A stretch of DNA of 33,643 bases, taken from assembly GCA_964364885.1 (NCBI GenBank), contig CAYIOA010000003.1, positions 1,558 through 35,200 on the forward strand, given 5' to 3'. The number at the start of each line of letters is the position of its first letter. Position 1 is the stretch's first letter. This DNA is from Candidatus Woesearchaeota archaeon (GTDB lineage Archaea > Nanobdellota > Nanobdellia > Pacearchaeales > GW2011-AR1). This document shows positions 25,529-33,643 of the stretch, piece by piece. Made by a program: the position numbers and the translations under genes. Below the pieces are notes generated by a model. It did not search any database, was not told the origin of the DNA, and saw only the letters and a list, made by a program, of their open reading frames with translations.

Positions 25529-25747
25529 TTAAATTCTGAAAATCAAAAAATCCTTGTGTTTTACTGCGGAAATCACGAAAAGTGCGCCCATATCATTGAA
25601 ATTGTTTAATCTTATTTGTTTTGAGAAGAGAGCGATACCAACGCCAATCGCGTAAGTAAATGCAAGAATAACGGATGTAGAAGCAATGATTAAATATTTT
25701 TGGAACTGTAAGTCTAGAATGTTTTTCTTTTTATTTTCTTCATCCAT
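25529..25747 (-). CDS. Small hypothetical membrane protein, possibly C-terminally truncated
   Basis: 72 aa with one clear TM and a second that ends abruptly. It starts 1 nt after the upstream small ORF. Confidence 0.5.
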   Translation of the reverse strand: MDEENKKKNILDLQFQKYLIIASTSVILAFTYAIGVGIALFSKQIRLNNFNDMGALFVISAVKHKDFLIFRI

Positions 25748-25748
25748 C

Positions 25749-25925
25749 TTAATCGCTAAATGCCCAGGCCATTAAAACTATTCCGGATATTACAGAAATT
25801 GCAGTTATCGGAAGCCCTATTAAATATTCTTTATTTAACAGAATTGGTATAGTTCCTGTTACTCCAAACAAAGTCAATAAAACACCAATAACACCAAAGA
25901 TTGTTTTGTTTTTTCTTCTTGCCAT
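25749..25925 (-). CDS. 58-aa two-TM protein, absent from the ORF track
   Basis: Manual translation MARRKNKTIFGVIGVLLTLFGVTGTIPILLNKEYLIGLPITAISVISGIVLMAWAFSD. Minus-strand CTTAAAGA lies 28 nt upstream. Confidence 0.65.
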   Translation of the reverse strand: MARRKNKTIFGVIGVLLTLFGVTGTIPILLNKEYLIGLPITAISVISGIVLMAWAFSD

Positions 25926-26056
25926 TTCGCCCCTGGTTATTATCTTCTTTAAGATTTTTATCTTTAAATTTCTTTTCTTTTTTCATTTTAGACAATTGCT
26001 AAGTTGACGATTTTAAATACCAATCTTTAAATATTAAAATTTTCTCAGAATGCTAT

Positions 26057-26131
26057 GGCTCCGTAGCTCAGCCCGGTTAGAGCACCGGCCTTTTAAGCCG
26101 GGTGTCGGGGGTTCAAATCCCCTCGGGGCCA
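26057..26131 (+). tRNA. tRNA-Lys(TTT), no intron, CCA not encoded
   Basis: Acceptor stem GGCTCCG/CGGGGCC, D arm GCTC/GAGC, anticodon arm CCGGC-CTTTTAA-GCCGG, T loop TTCAAAT. TATA at 26026. Confidence 0.96.
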
Positions 26132-26132
26132 T

Positions 26133-26528
26133 TTATGCAATCGCCTGGTAAGAAATGATTACTAATAAAATGTTTAGTATGTATATTGCTGTGCAAACTA
26201 AACAAAGATTCTTCATTTTTATGAAGGAAATGTATGCTAAGAAGATAGTGGGTATTAGCGATATAAATGATAAATAAAATATAAATTGTGATTTGTTGTA
26301 TACAGACAAAATGATTAATACTAAATAAAATAAAAATCCGATTAGAGAATTAGAAATTCCTGTTATTTTGCTGTATTGACTTGAGAAAGCTTTTGTGCAT
26401 GAAATGTTGTTGGTTATGTCGCATGCGGGCTTGTATGATTTTTTATTTTCTAATCTTTTTTCTACTATCATGGCATAAAGAGAAATGACCAGACCGATTA
26501 TTGAAATAATTAATATAGCATTCGACAT
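26133..26528 (-). CDS. Vitamin K epoxide reductase (VKOR) family protein
   Basis: Loop cysteines CD....ISC...FSSQYS, four TM segments, and CLVC. The start was moved to the ATG at 26528 on TATA spacing. Confidence 0.88.
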   Translation of the reverse strand: MSNAILIISIIGLVISLYAMIVEKRLENKKSYKPACDITNNISCTKAFSSQYSKITGISNSLIGFLFYLVLIILSVYNKSQFIFYLSFISLIPTIFLAYISFIKMKNLCLVCTAIYILNILLVIISYQAIA

Positions 26529-26669
26529 CCCTTTTTTAAGAATCTTTGTTATAAAAAGTGTTCTATGGTTTTTTTGAGAATCGTCGAAAGATTTAAAAAG
26601 CAACTTTTACACATTTTTATCATTCGCACTTATTAAACTTATCAGCCAATTTCGGCTTGTTATATTCCC

Positions 26670-26882
26670 ATGCACGCCTTGCAGCCAAAACACACAAAAT
26701 TGAAACCAGATGAGGTAAAAAAATTACTTGATAAATATGGAATATCTTTATCCCAACTTCCGAAAATCCGTATTATTGACGCGGCTCTTGCCGAAGGAAA
26801 TTTTTCCATTGGAGATGTAATAAAAATAGAAAGACAAGATACCAATGCTTCTTATCTTTATTATAGAGTTGTTGTTTCATGA
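26670..26882 (+). CDS. rpoH: RNA polymerase subunit Rpo5 (H)
   Basis: H.LQPKH, QLPKI...D, GDVIKIER, YYRVV. Confidence 0.95.
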   Translation: MHALQPKHTKLKPDEVKKLLDKYGISLSQLPKIRIIDAALAEGNFSIGDVIKIERQDTNASYLYYRVVVS

Positions 26883-29800
26883 GCGATAAAAAGAAAAACA
26901 TCCTGGTTGAAAGATATCTCAAACAGCATTCTTTAGTGGAATCTAACATAAACTCATTTAATGACTTTATTGACAACAGAGTTCAGCAAATAATTAATGA
27001 TGTCAGCCAGTCTTTATCAAATGATGACATGGAGATTAAGCTCGGCAAGGTTAGAATAGGCCATCCAAATATAATAGAAGCTGACGGCAGTTCTGGACCG
27101 AATACACCAACAATAGCAAGATTGAGAAATCTGACTTATTCGGCCCCTATTTTTGTTGAATTGAGTGTCAGGCATGAAAATCAAACTGAAAGCACTGAAG
27201 TAGAAATAGGGAGAATTCCGGTGATTGTCAGAAGCAAAATATGCAACATATACAATATGAGCAAGGATCAATTGAGAGACAGCCATATAGACCCGCTAGA
27301 TCCTGGCGGATATTTCATCATAAACGGCAATGAAAGAGTTATTGTTATGTCAGAAGATCTTGCTCCTAATCAGCCATTTGTTGAAGAGGGCAGGCAGGGG
27401 CTTATCTTGCGCCTTTTCTCTGAAAGGGCATCTTACAGAATCCCAACAACAATCTCAGAAACAAACGAAGGCATTTTAGAGCTAACATTTAGCAGACTAA
27501 AAAACATCCCTATTGTGGTTCTTCTTAAGTCCCTAGGACTAATAAAGGAAGCGGATATAGCAAAAAACATAAATTATGAGACTGATTGTTTAATTGTTAA
27601 TTTATACGAGTTCGCGAATTTACAGAGTCCGGAAGACGCGATGACTTTCATTGCTGAGAAGTCTGGGATACAGGGAACTAAAAAAGAAATTCTAGACAGA
27701 GTAAAACAAAAAATAGACAGTTTTCTATTGCCACATATTGGCACGATAAAAGGTTCAAGAATGGATAAGGCCCTCAGTTTATGCAGACTTGTTAGAATTT
27801 ATCTTAGAGCAAAAGAAAATGAGCAAATAAGAACTGATAAAGACCATTACGCCAACAAAAGAGTGAAACTCTCAGGGGACTTGATGGCTGATTTGTTTAG
27901 AGTTAATCTAAATATCCTGGTTAGGGATATACAGTACTCTCTGCAAAAAATATCAAAGAGAAACAAATTTTATTCTCTGAAGACAATTGCCAAATCAACT
28001 CTTTTTACACATAGGATAGAAAGCGCGATTGCGACTGGCTCATGGATAGGGGAAAGAAGCGGAGTTACGCAAAACATGGACAAAACAAACTATCTTGCGG
28101 TTTTATCGCAGCTCCAAAGAGTAACGAGCATGCTTCCTGGTGAGCAGGAGAATTTCATGGCCAGGACATTACACCCAACCCACTATGGCAGATTCTGCCC
28201 TACTGAAACACCGGAAGGCACCGAGATAGGCTTAAGAAAAAATCTCTCTCTTTTGGCAAAAATATCTACTGCAATAGAAATTGATGAAAGCGGCATAATA
28301 AAAAAACTTGAATCTCTCGGCATGAGAAAAGAAAAGGGCGTAGATGTTTTCCTAAACGGCAAATTTATTGGTTTCTTTGAGAATGGAGAGGAATCTGCGA
28401 AAAGAATAAGAGAGCTCAGAAGGAAAAAAGAGTTGCCTACTGGACTAAGCATAAAATTCGACAGAATTCTGGAGCAAATTGTTATTTCTTCTGAAGTTGG
28501 CAGAGTTCTTAGACCTCTGATAATAGTTGAAAATGGAGCGCCAAAACTTAAAGATGAGCATTTTATTTTAATTGAAGAAGGAAAAATTAAATGGAGCGAT
28601 CTGATAGAAAGCGGAATAATTGAATATATTGATGCTGCGGAGGAAGAGAATGCCCATGTGGCATTAAAAGAAGAAGAAATAACAACAGAGCATACACATC
28701 TAGAAGTTCATCCTATTGATGTTTTTGGTTTGATAACCTCTCTAGTGCCATTTGCAAACCATGACCAAAGCTCGAGACTTCTAAGAGGAAGCAAAACAAA
28801 CAAACAAAGCCTTGGAATTTATGCTGCTAATTATCTTGTGAGGATTGACACTGATGTATCTGTTCTGCATTATCCTCAAAAGCCTCTTGTGAGAAGCTTT
28901 GTGTATGATACGCTGGAGGTTTATCCTGCTGGCCAGAATCTTGTTGTTGCTATAATGCCATTTGAAGGATATAACTTGGAGGATTCTGTAGTTCTGAATA
29001 AAGCGAGTGTTGATAGAGGGCTTGGCAGAAGCACGTATTTCAGACCATATTCAACAACAGAACTTCAATATGCCGGGGGTTTAAAGGATGAGATAGTAAT
29101 TCCTGACAAAGATGTTTCTGGATATAGGACTGAGGAAATATACAGATTATTAGAAGACGATGGAATTGCTTATCCAGAAGCTGAGATGGAATCCGGGGAT
29201 GTTGTTATAGGAAAAGTGACTCCTCCAAAATTTCTTTCTGAAGCAAAAGACCTAAGCATTCAAGCAAAAAAAGAAGCAAGCGCCTCAATAAGGCAGGGAG
29301 AGAAAGGAGTTGTAGATGCTGTTTTTGTAACAACTGATAATGAAGGCAATAAGATAGTACATGCTAGAACAAGAGATTCTAGACTGCCTGAAACAGGAGA
29401 TAAATTCTCGTCTTATCATGGACAAAAAGGAGTAATAGGACTAATAGCTGACGCAGACGATATTCCTTTTACCTCAAAGGGGATTAAACCTGATTTGATG
29501 TTCAATCCGCACGGAATTCCCGGCAGAATGACTGTTGGTTATTTGATAGAATTATTAGCAAGCAAAACTGCTGCAGTTAGTGGAAAAGTAATTGATGGAA
29601 CTCCATTTACAGGGCAGAAAATAGAACAGCTGGAAGAGCAACTAAACGAATTTGGGTTTAGCTATGATGGAAAAGAAATAATGTATGATGGTGTTACCGG
29701 CAAGAAATTTGAAGTTAAAATTTACATAGGCAATATGTATTATTTAAAACTAAAGAGAATGGTAAAGAATTTGATACATGCAAGAGCTTCTGGAAAAGTT

Positions 29801-30130
29801 GCTTTATTAACCAGACAGCCAATAGAGGGAAGAGCGAGAGGAGGAGGATTGAGACTTGGAGAGATGGAGCAACAGGCCCTGGCCGGCCATGGCTCAGCAT
29901 TATTACTGAAAGAGAGATATGATTCTGACAAAACTGTTGTTTATGTTTGTAAAGAATGCGGCAATCTTGGATATGAGGATTTGATAAGGAATAAAACAAC
30001 CTGTAATTTATGCGGCGGCAATGAACTGGAAGCAATCGAAGTTTCCTATGCCTTCAAATTACTAATTGATGAATTATTGGGGCTTGGAATCCAGACATCA
30101 TTTGAATTAAAAAATAAATACGAGAGATAA
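26879..30130 (+). CDS. rpoB: RNA polymerase subunit Rpo2 (B), unsplit
   Basis: GGYFIINGNERV, ETPEG, GYNLED, GDKF..HGQKG, RQPIEGRARGGGLRLGEME, C-terminal Zn ribbon. Confidence 0.97.
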   Translation: MSDKKKNILVERYLKQHSLVESNINSFNDFIDNRVQQIINDVSQSLSNDDMEIKLGKVRIGHPNIIEADGSSGPNTPTIARLRNLTYSAPIFVELSVRHENQTESTEVEIGRIPVIVRSKICNIYNMSKDQLRDSHIDPLDPGGYFIINGNERVIVMSEDLAPNQPFVEEGRQGLILRLFSERASYRIPTTISETNEGILELTFSRLKNIPIVVLLKSLGLIKEADIAKNINYETDCLIVNLYEFANLQSPEDAMTFIAEKSGIQGTKKEILDRVKQKIDSFLLPHIGTIKGSRMDKALSLCRLVRIYLRAKENEQIRTDKDHYANKRVKLSGDLMADLFRVNLNILVRDIQYSLQKISKRNKFYSLKTIAKSTLFTHRIESAIATGSWIGERSGVTQNMDKTNYLAVLSQLQRVTSMLPGEQENFMARTLHPTHYGRFCPTETPEGTEIGLRKNLSLLAKISTAIEIDESGIIKKLESLGMRKEKGVDVFLNGKFIGFFENGEESAKRIRELRRKKELPTGLSIKFDRILEQIVISSEVGRVLRPLIIVENGAPKLKDEHFILIEEGKIKWSDLIESGIIEYIDAAEEENAHVALKEEEITTEHTHLEVHPIDVFGLITSLVPFANHDQSSRLLRGSKTNKQSLGIYAANYLVRIDTDVSVLHYPQKPLVRSFVYDTLEVYPAGQNLVVAIMPFEGYNLEDSVVLNKASVDRGLGRSTYFRPYSTTELQYAGGLKDEIVIPDKDVSGYRTEEIYRLLEDDGIAYPEAEMESGDVVIGKVTPPKFLSEAKDLSIQAKKEASASIRQGEKGVVDAVFVTTDNEGNKIVHARTRDSRLPETGDKFSSYHGQKGVIGLIADADDIPFTSKGIKPDLMFNPHGIPGRMTVGYLIELLASKTAAVSGKVIDGTPFTGQKIEQLEEQLNEFGFSYDGKEIMYDGVTGKKFEVKIYIGNMYYLKLKRMVKNLIHARASGKVALLTRQPIEGRARGGGLRLGEMEQQALAGHGSALLLKERYDSDKTVVYVCKECGNLGYEDLIRNKTTCNLCGGNELEAIEVSYAFKLLIDELLGLGIQTSFELKNKYER

Positions 30131-30131
30131 A

Positions 30132-33100
30132 ATGGCATTAACTATATTCAGAAAACAAGTAAAAGCATTGAGATTTAATTTGCTTAGTCCGGAACAGGTT
30201 AAAAGATTGAGCATGGTAAAGGTGGTCACGCCTGAACTTTATGATATTGATGGTTTTCCTGTTGATGGAGGGCTAATGGACTTAAGACTTGGAGCGATTG
30301 ATCCAGGAGTTCGATGCAGGACTTGCGGAAAGCGTGTTAAAGAATGCCCGGGCCATCCTGGAAGTATAGAACTAGCAAGACCTATTTTCCATATCAAGTA
30401 TATCCCATTGATAGAGCTGTGTTTAAGAAGTTTCTGCCCGCGCTGCGGGAAACTAGCACTTAGTGATGAAAAACAAAAATCTTTAACAATTGCCGAGCGT
30501 TCAAAAAAAGCAAGAGATGCTAAAAAATGCCCTCATTGCAATGAAGGCATAGAAAGAGTTAGACTTGAGAAGCCAACTAATTTTTATGTTGATAAAAAGA
30601 GATTAAGCCCGATTGAAGTAAGAGAAAGAATTGTTAATATTTCTGGGGAGGAATTGATAAAACTAGGGATAAATCCGAAAACAGCCAGACCGGAGTGGGC
30701 TGTTCTTTCTTTATTGCTGGTTCCATCTGTTACTGTCAGACCTTCTATAACATTAGAAACAGGAGAAAGAAGCGAGGATGACTTAACTCATAAGCTAAGT
30801 GATATAATAAGATCAAACCAAAGACTTTGGGAGAATTTAAACGCGGGAGCTCCTGAAGTTATAATCGAAGACTTGTGGGATTTGCTGCAATATCATATAA
30901 CAACTTTCTTTGACAATAATATCTCGAGAATTCCTCCTGCAAGACACAGATCAGGACAGCCTTTGAAAACGATAACAGAGAGGATAAAGGGAAAGGAAGG
31001 AAGAATAAGACACAACCTGGCTGGAAAGAGAGTTAATTATTCTGCGAGAACAGTTGTTTCTCCTGACCCTTATTTGAGAATAAATGAAGTTGGTATTCCT
31101 GAAGAGATAGCCAGAATAATTACGGTTGCTGAATCTGTTACTAATTTAAATCTTGAGGAAATGAAAACTTTGGTGATGAAGGGAGAGAACTATCCTGGCG
31201 CGAATTATATAATCAGACCTGATAAAAGAAGAAAAAGAATTACAGAAGAGCTAAAAGAAGAAATTGTTTTAGAGCTGCAACCAGGATATAAAGTTGAGAG
31301 ACATTTAAGAGATGGAGATATAGTTCTGTTTAATAGACATCCTACATTGCACAAGCAGGGTCTGATGGCACATTACGCAAAGGTTCTGCCTGGGAGAACA
31401 TTTAGATTGAATCCCGCGGCTGCTGCACCCTATAACGCTGATTTTGACGGGGATGAAATGAACATACACAGCCCTCAGAATGAGGAAGCTTTATCAGAAG
31501 CAAAAGTGCTTTTAGATATAAACAGCAATATAATATCCTCAAAAAATAATACGAATCTGGTAGGAACTATTACTGATGCTATTACTGGTGCATATCTTTT
31601 AGGAAGAGAAACTTTGGAAAGAAGCGAAGCAAACCAATTATTATTCGCGGCTAATATAATTAATCCTCTAAAAAAGAAAGATATCTCTGGGAGGGATGTT
31701 TTTGCTCAAATAATCCCTCATGGCGCGAATATTAGTATGCCTGCTGTAATAAGCGGAAGCAAAACTTTTGGAGTTGAAAATGGAGAAATGGTAAAGATTA
31801 TAGATAAAGAGCTTGGAAGAGAGATCGCTGTTGATTGTATAAATAAAGCTTTTAATATAGGAACAAATTATCTTACTAGAAAAGGATATACTTTATCTTT
31901 GCAAGACTTAAATGTTTCATCCAAAGTAAAAGAAATTGCCGGAGAGATAATTTCAAAAGCAGAAAATAGAACACGGGAAGTAATAGAAGAATATAATTCC
32001 GGGATGCTGGAATCTATGCCTGGAAAGAATTTGGAAGAAACAAGAGAGACAAAGATATTGCAGATTTTAAACGGTCTCGCAACTGAGATAAGTAATATTG
32101 TTAAATTGAATCTTCCGCCTGATGGAAATATAAACAAAATGATCAAGTCAGAAAGCGGGGGAAGCACATTGAATATCACACAAATGGGCTGTTCTGTTGG
32201 ACAGCAATCATTATGGAATAAAAGAATCAAGTTTGGCTATTATGGGAGAACATTATCTTTCTTTAAAAAAGAAGACCTTGGGCCTGAGTCTCGTGGTTTT
32301 ATAAAATCCTCTTATTTTGACGGATTAAAGCCAACTGAATTCTTTTTTGGGGCTATTACTGGAAGAGACAGTTTAATGGATACTGCTTTACGAACTCCAA
32401 AGTCTGGATATTTGTATAGAAGACTTGTAAGCGCCCTGCAGGATTTGAAAGTTGAATATGACGGAACGGTCAGAGATGCTTCTGAGAATATTGTCCAATT
32501 TCAATATGGAGGCGATGGAAAAGATGTTTCTAGATTACACTTAAAAGATGATAAAATCTCCTCCGGGGAAGCTGCGGGCGTTATTACAGCACAATCTTTT
32601 GGAGAGGCTTCGACGCAAATGGTTCTTAACGTATTCCACCATGCAGGTGTTGCACAAATGCAGATTACTTTGGGTTTGCCCAGACTAATTGAAATTCTTG
32701 ATGCAAGAAAACAGCCTTCAACACCTATTATGGAAATCTTTCTTAATAAAGAGTTTAATAATGAAAAAGATGCAAGAGTAATAGCTGAGAAAATCAAAGA
32801 AGTGAAATTAAAGGATATTCTTTCTGAAATAAATATAGACTTTGGGAATAAAAAAATAGAAATAGAGCTAGACGCAAAGGCGCTGAGAGGAGTTCATATA
32901 GGGTCTCAGAAAGTTGTTGAGAGATTGGAAGAAAAGAAATTAAAAGTGAGATTGAACAATTTAAAAATAACTGCCCCGTTGCCAGAGCTTAATTTTAAAG
33001 AGATATACAAACTTAAAGAAAAACTGAAGGAAACAATTGTTTCTGGAGTAAAGGGAGTGTCACAGGTTGTTGTGTCAAAAAGAGACAGAGAATATATTAT

Positions 33101-33548
33101 TCTTGCTACCGGGTCGAACTTGAAAGAAGTTATTGAATTTAAGGGAGTTAATAAAGACAGAACTTCTTCAAATGATATTTATGATATAATGAAGGTCTTT
33201 GGTATTGAGGCTGCGCGGCAAATAATCATAAATGAGATTAAAAAGGTTATAGAAACGCAGGGATTAGATATTAATGAAAGACATTTAGGGCTTGTTGCAG
33301 ACGCAATGACTTCTTCAGGCGTTGTTAAGGGAGTAACAAGAATGGGAATAATAACTGACAAAGCAAGTATTCTGGCAAGAGCAACTTTCGAAACACCTGA
33401 CAAACAATTTGTAAATGCAACTATCAAAGGAGCAAAAGACGAGCTGAATTCTGTTATAGAGAATATTCTTCTCAATCAAGCGATTCCAGTCGGCACCGGA
33501 TTACCTGGATTATTAGTAAGGGTTACCGGACCACTATCAAAAAAATAA
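30132..33548 (+). CDS. rpoA: RNA polymerase largest subunit Rpo1, A' and A'' fused
   Basis: CRTCG...CPGH, GKRVNYSAR, catalytic YNADFDGDEMN, bridge helix TPKSGYLYRRL. It continues in frame into the A'' part AQSFGE..TQM, GLPRL.EI, ARATFE, VGTG. Confidence 0.97.
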   Translation: MALTIFRKQVKALRFNLLSPEQVKRLSMVKVVTPELYDIDGFPVDGGLMDLRLGAIDPGVRCRTCGKRVKECPGHPGSIELARPIFHIKYIPLIELCLRSFCPRCGKLALSDEKQKSLTIAERSKKARDAKKCPHCNEGIERVRLEKPTNFYVDKKRLSPIEVRERIVNISGEELIKLGINPKTARPEWAVLSLLLVPSVTVRPSITLETGERSEDDLTHKLSDIIRSNQRLWENLNAGAPEVIIEDLWDLLQYHITTFFDNNISRIPPARHRSGQPLKTITERIKGKEGRIRHNLAGKRVNYSARTVVSPDPYLRINEVGIPEEIARIITVAESVTNLNLEEMKTLVMKGENYPGANYIIRPDKRRKRITEELKEEIVLELQPGYKVERHLRDGDIVLFNRHPTLHKQGLMAHYAKVLPGRTFRLNPAAAAPYNADFDGDEMNIHSPQNEEALSEAKVLLDINSNIISSKNNTNLVGTITDAITGAYLLGRETLERSEANQLLFAANIINPLKKKDISGRDVFAQIIPHGANISMPAVISGSKTFGVENGEMVKIIDKELGREIAVDCINKAFNIGTNYLTRKGYTLSLQDLNVSSKVKEIAGEIISKAENRTREVIEEYNSGMLESMPGKNLEETRETKILQILNGLATEISNIVKLNLPPDGNINKMIKSESGGSTLNITQMGCSVGQQSLWNKRIKFGYYGRTLSFFKKEDLGPESRGFIKSSYFDGLKPTEFFFGAITGRDSLMDTALRTPKSGYLYRRLVSALQDLKVEYDGTVRDASENIVQFQYGGDGKDVSRLHLKDDKISSGEAAGVITAQSFGEASTQMVLNVFHHAGVAQMQITLGLPRLIEILDARKQPSTPIMEIFLNKEFNNEKDARVIAEKIKEVKLKDILSEINIDFGNKKIEIELDAKALRGVHIGSQKVVERLEEKKLKVRLNNLKITAPLPELNFKEIYKLKEKLKETIVSGVKGVSQVVVSKRDREYIILATGSNLKEVIEFKGVNKDRTSSNDIYDIMKVFGIEAARQIIINEIKKVIETQGLDINERHLGLVADAMTSSGVVKGVTRMGIITDKASILARATFETPDKQFVNATIKGAKDELNSVIENILLNQAIPVGTGLPGLLVRVTGPLSKK

Positions 33549-33578
33549 GAGAAAAGTTAATTTCTGAGTTTATTTATC

Positions 33579-33643
33579 TTATCTGACGGTAATTGTTCCT
33601 TTAAATTGCGGGTTTAGATGGTCGTGATATCCCCATATTCCTA
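33579..33643 (-). CDS. 3' end of a cupredoxin-fold protein (partial)
   Basis: Manual translation ...GIWGYHDHLNPQFKGTITVR-stop resembles the cupredoxin C-terminal pattern GxYxYxCxxHxxMxGxIxV. Confidence 0.6.
   Translation of the reverse strand, partial: GIWGYHDHLNPQFKGTITVR

Noticed and set aside
26057-26131. Integrated element at tRNA-Lys
   Set aside because: No integrase and no duplicated tRNA 3' end were seen in the window.
383-33475. Many short antisense or nested ORFs in the track (e.g. 383..634, 2347..2709, 6081..6452, 20969..21310, 25164..25472, 31868..32230)
   Set aside because: They are shadows of well-supported genes on the opposite strand or frame, with no motifs or promoters.
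1-33643. Sigma28-type promoters (TAAA-N15-GCCGATAA) as targets of the sigma factor
   Set aside because: I saw no convincing intergenic match by eye. Partial CCGAT hits fall inside coding regions. A proper scan was not possible.
1-33643. Bacterial contig or contamination as the explanation for the sigma factor, NrdR and Pol II
   Set aside because: These genes are interleaved with archaeal core genes and use archaeal TATA promoters. A local misassembly still needs read-level exclusion.

Overview
This is an AT-rich, gene-dense window from an archaeal chromosome, most likely a DPANN archaeon such as Pacearchaeota. That assignment is inferred from the fused and shortened Rpo1, the short genes and the absence of biosynthetic pathways. 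Archaeal core genes include rfcS/rfcL, fen, rpl41e, a Trm5/Taw2-family methyltransferase, tRNA-Lys(TTT) and rpoH-rpoB-rpoA. They are mixed with two toxin-antitoxin pairs, redox genes (Mn-type SOD, DsbA, thioredoxin, VKOR), a HerA-like ATPase and several unknown membrane proteins. Several modules look bacterial: a Pol II-type DNA polymerase, an nrdR-nrdJ operon with two tandem NrdR boxes, and, most notably, an intact FliA/WhiG-type sigma-70 factor behind an archaeal TATA promoter. The RNA polymerase in the same window is streamlined and has substitutions in normally conserved motifs. Many genes appear leaderless, with the TATA box starting 28-29 nt before the ATG. This spacing reveals small ORFs missing from the ORF track, including eL41 and an unexplained 20-aa Arg/Lys-rich peptide. 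A nested-hairpin element lies upstream of nrdR. All calls rest on motif recognition by eye; no database searches were run.
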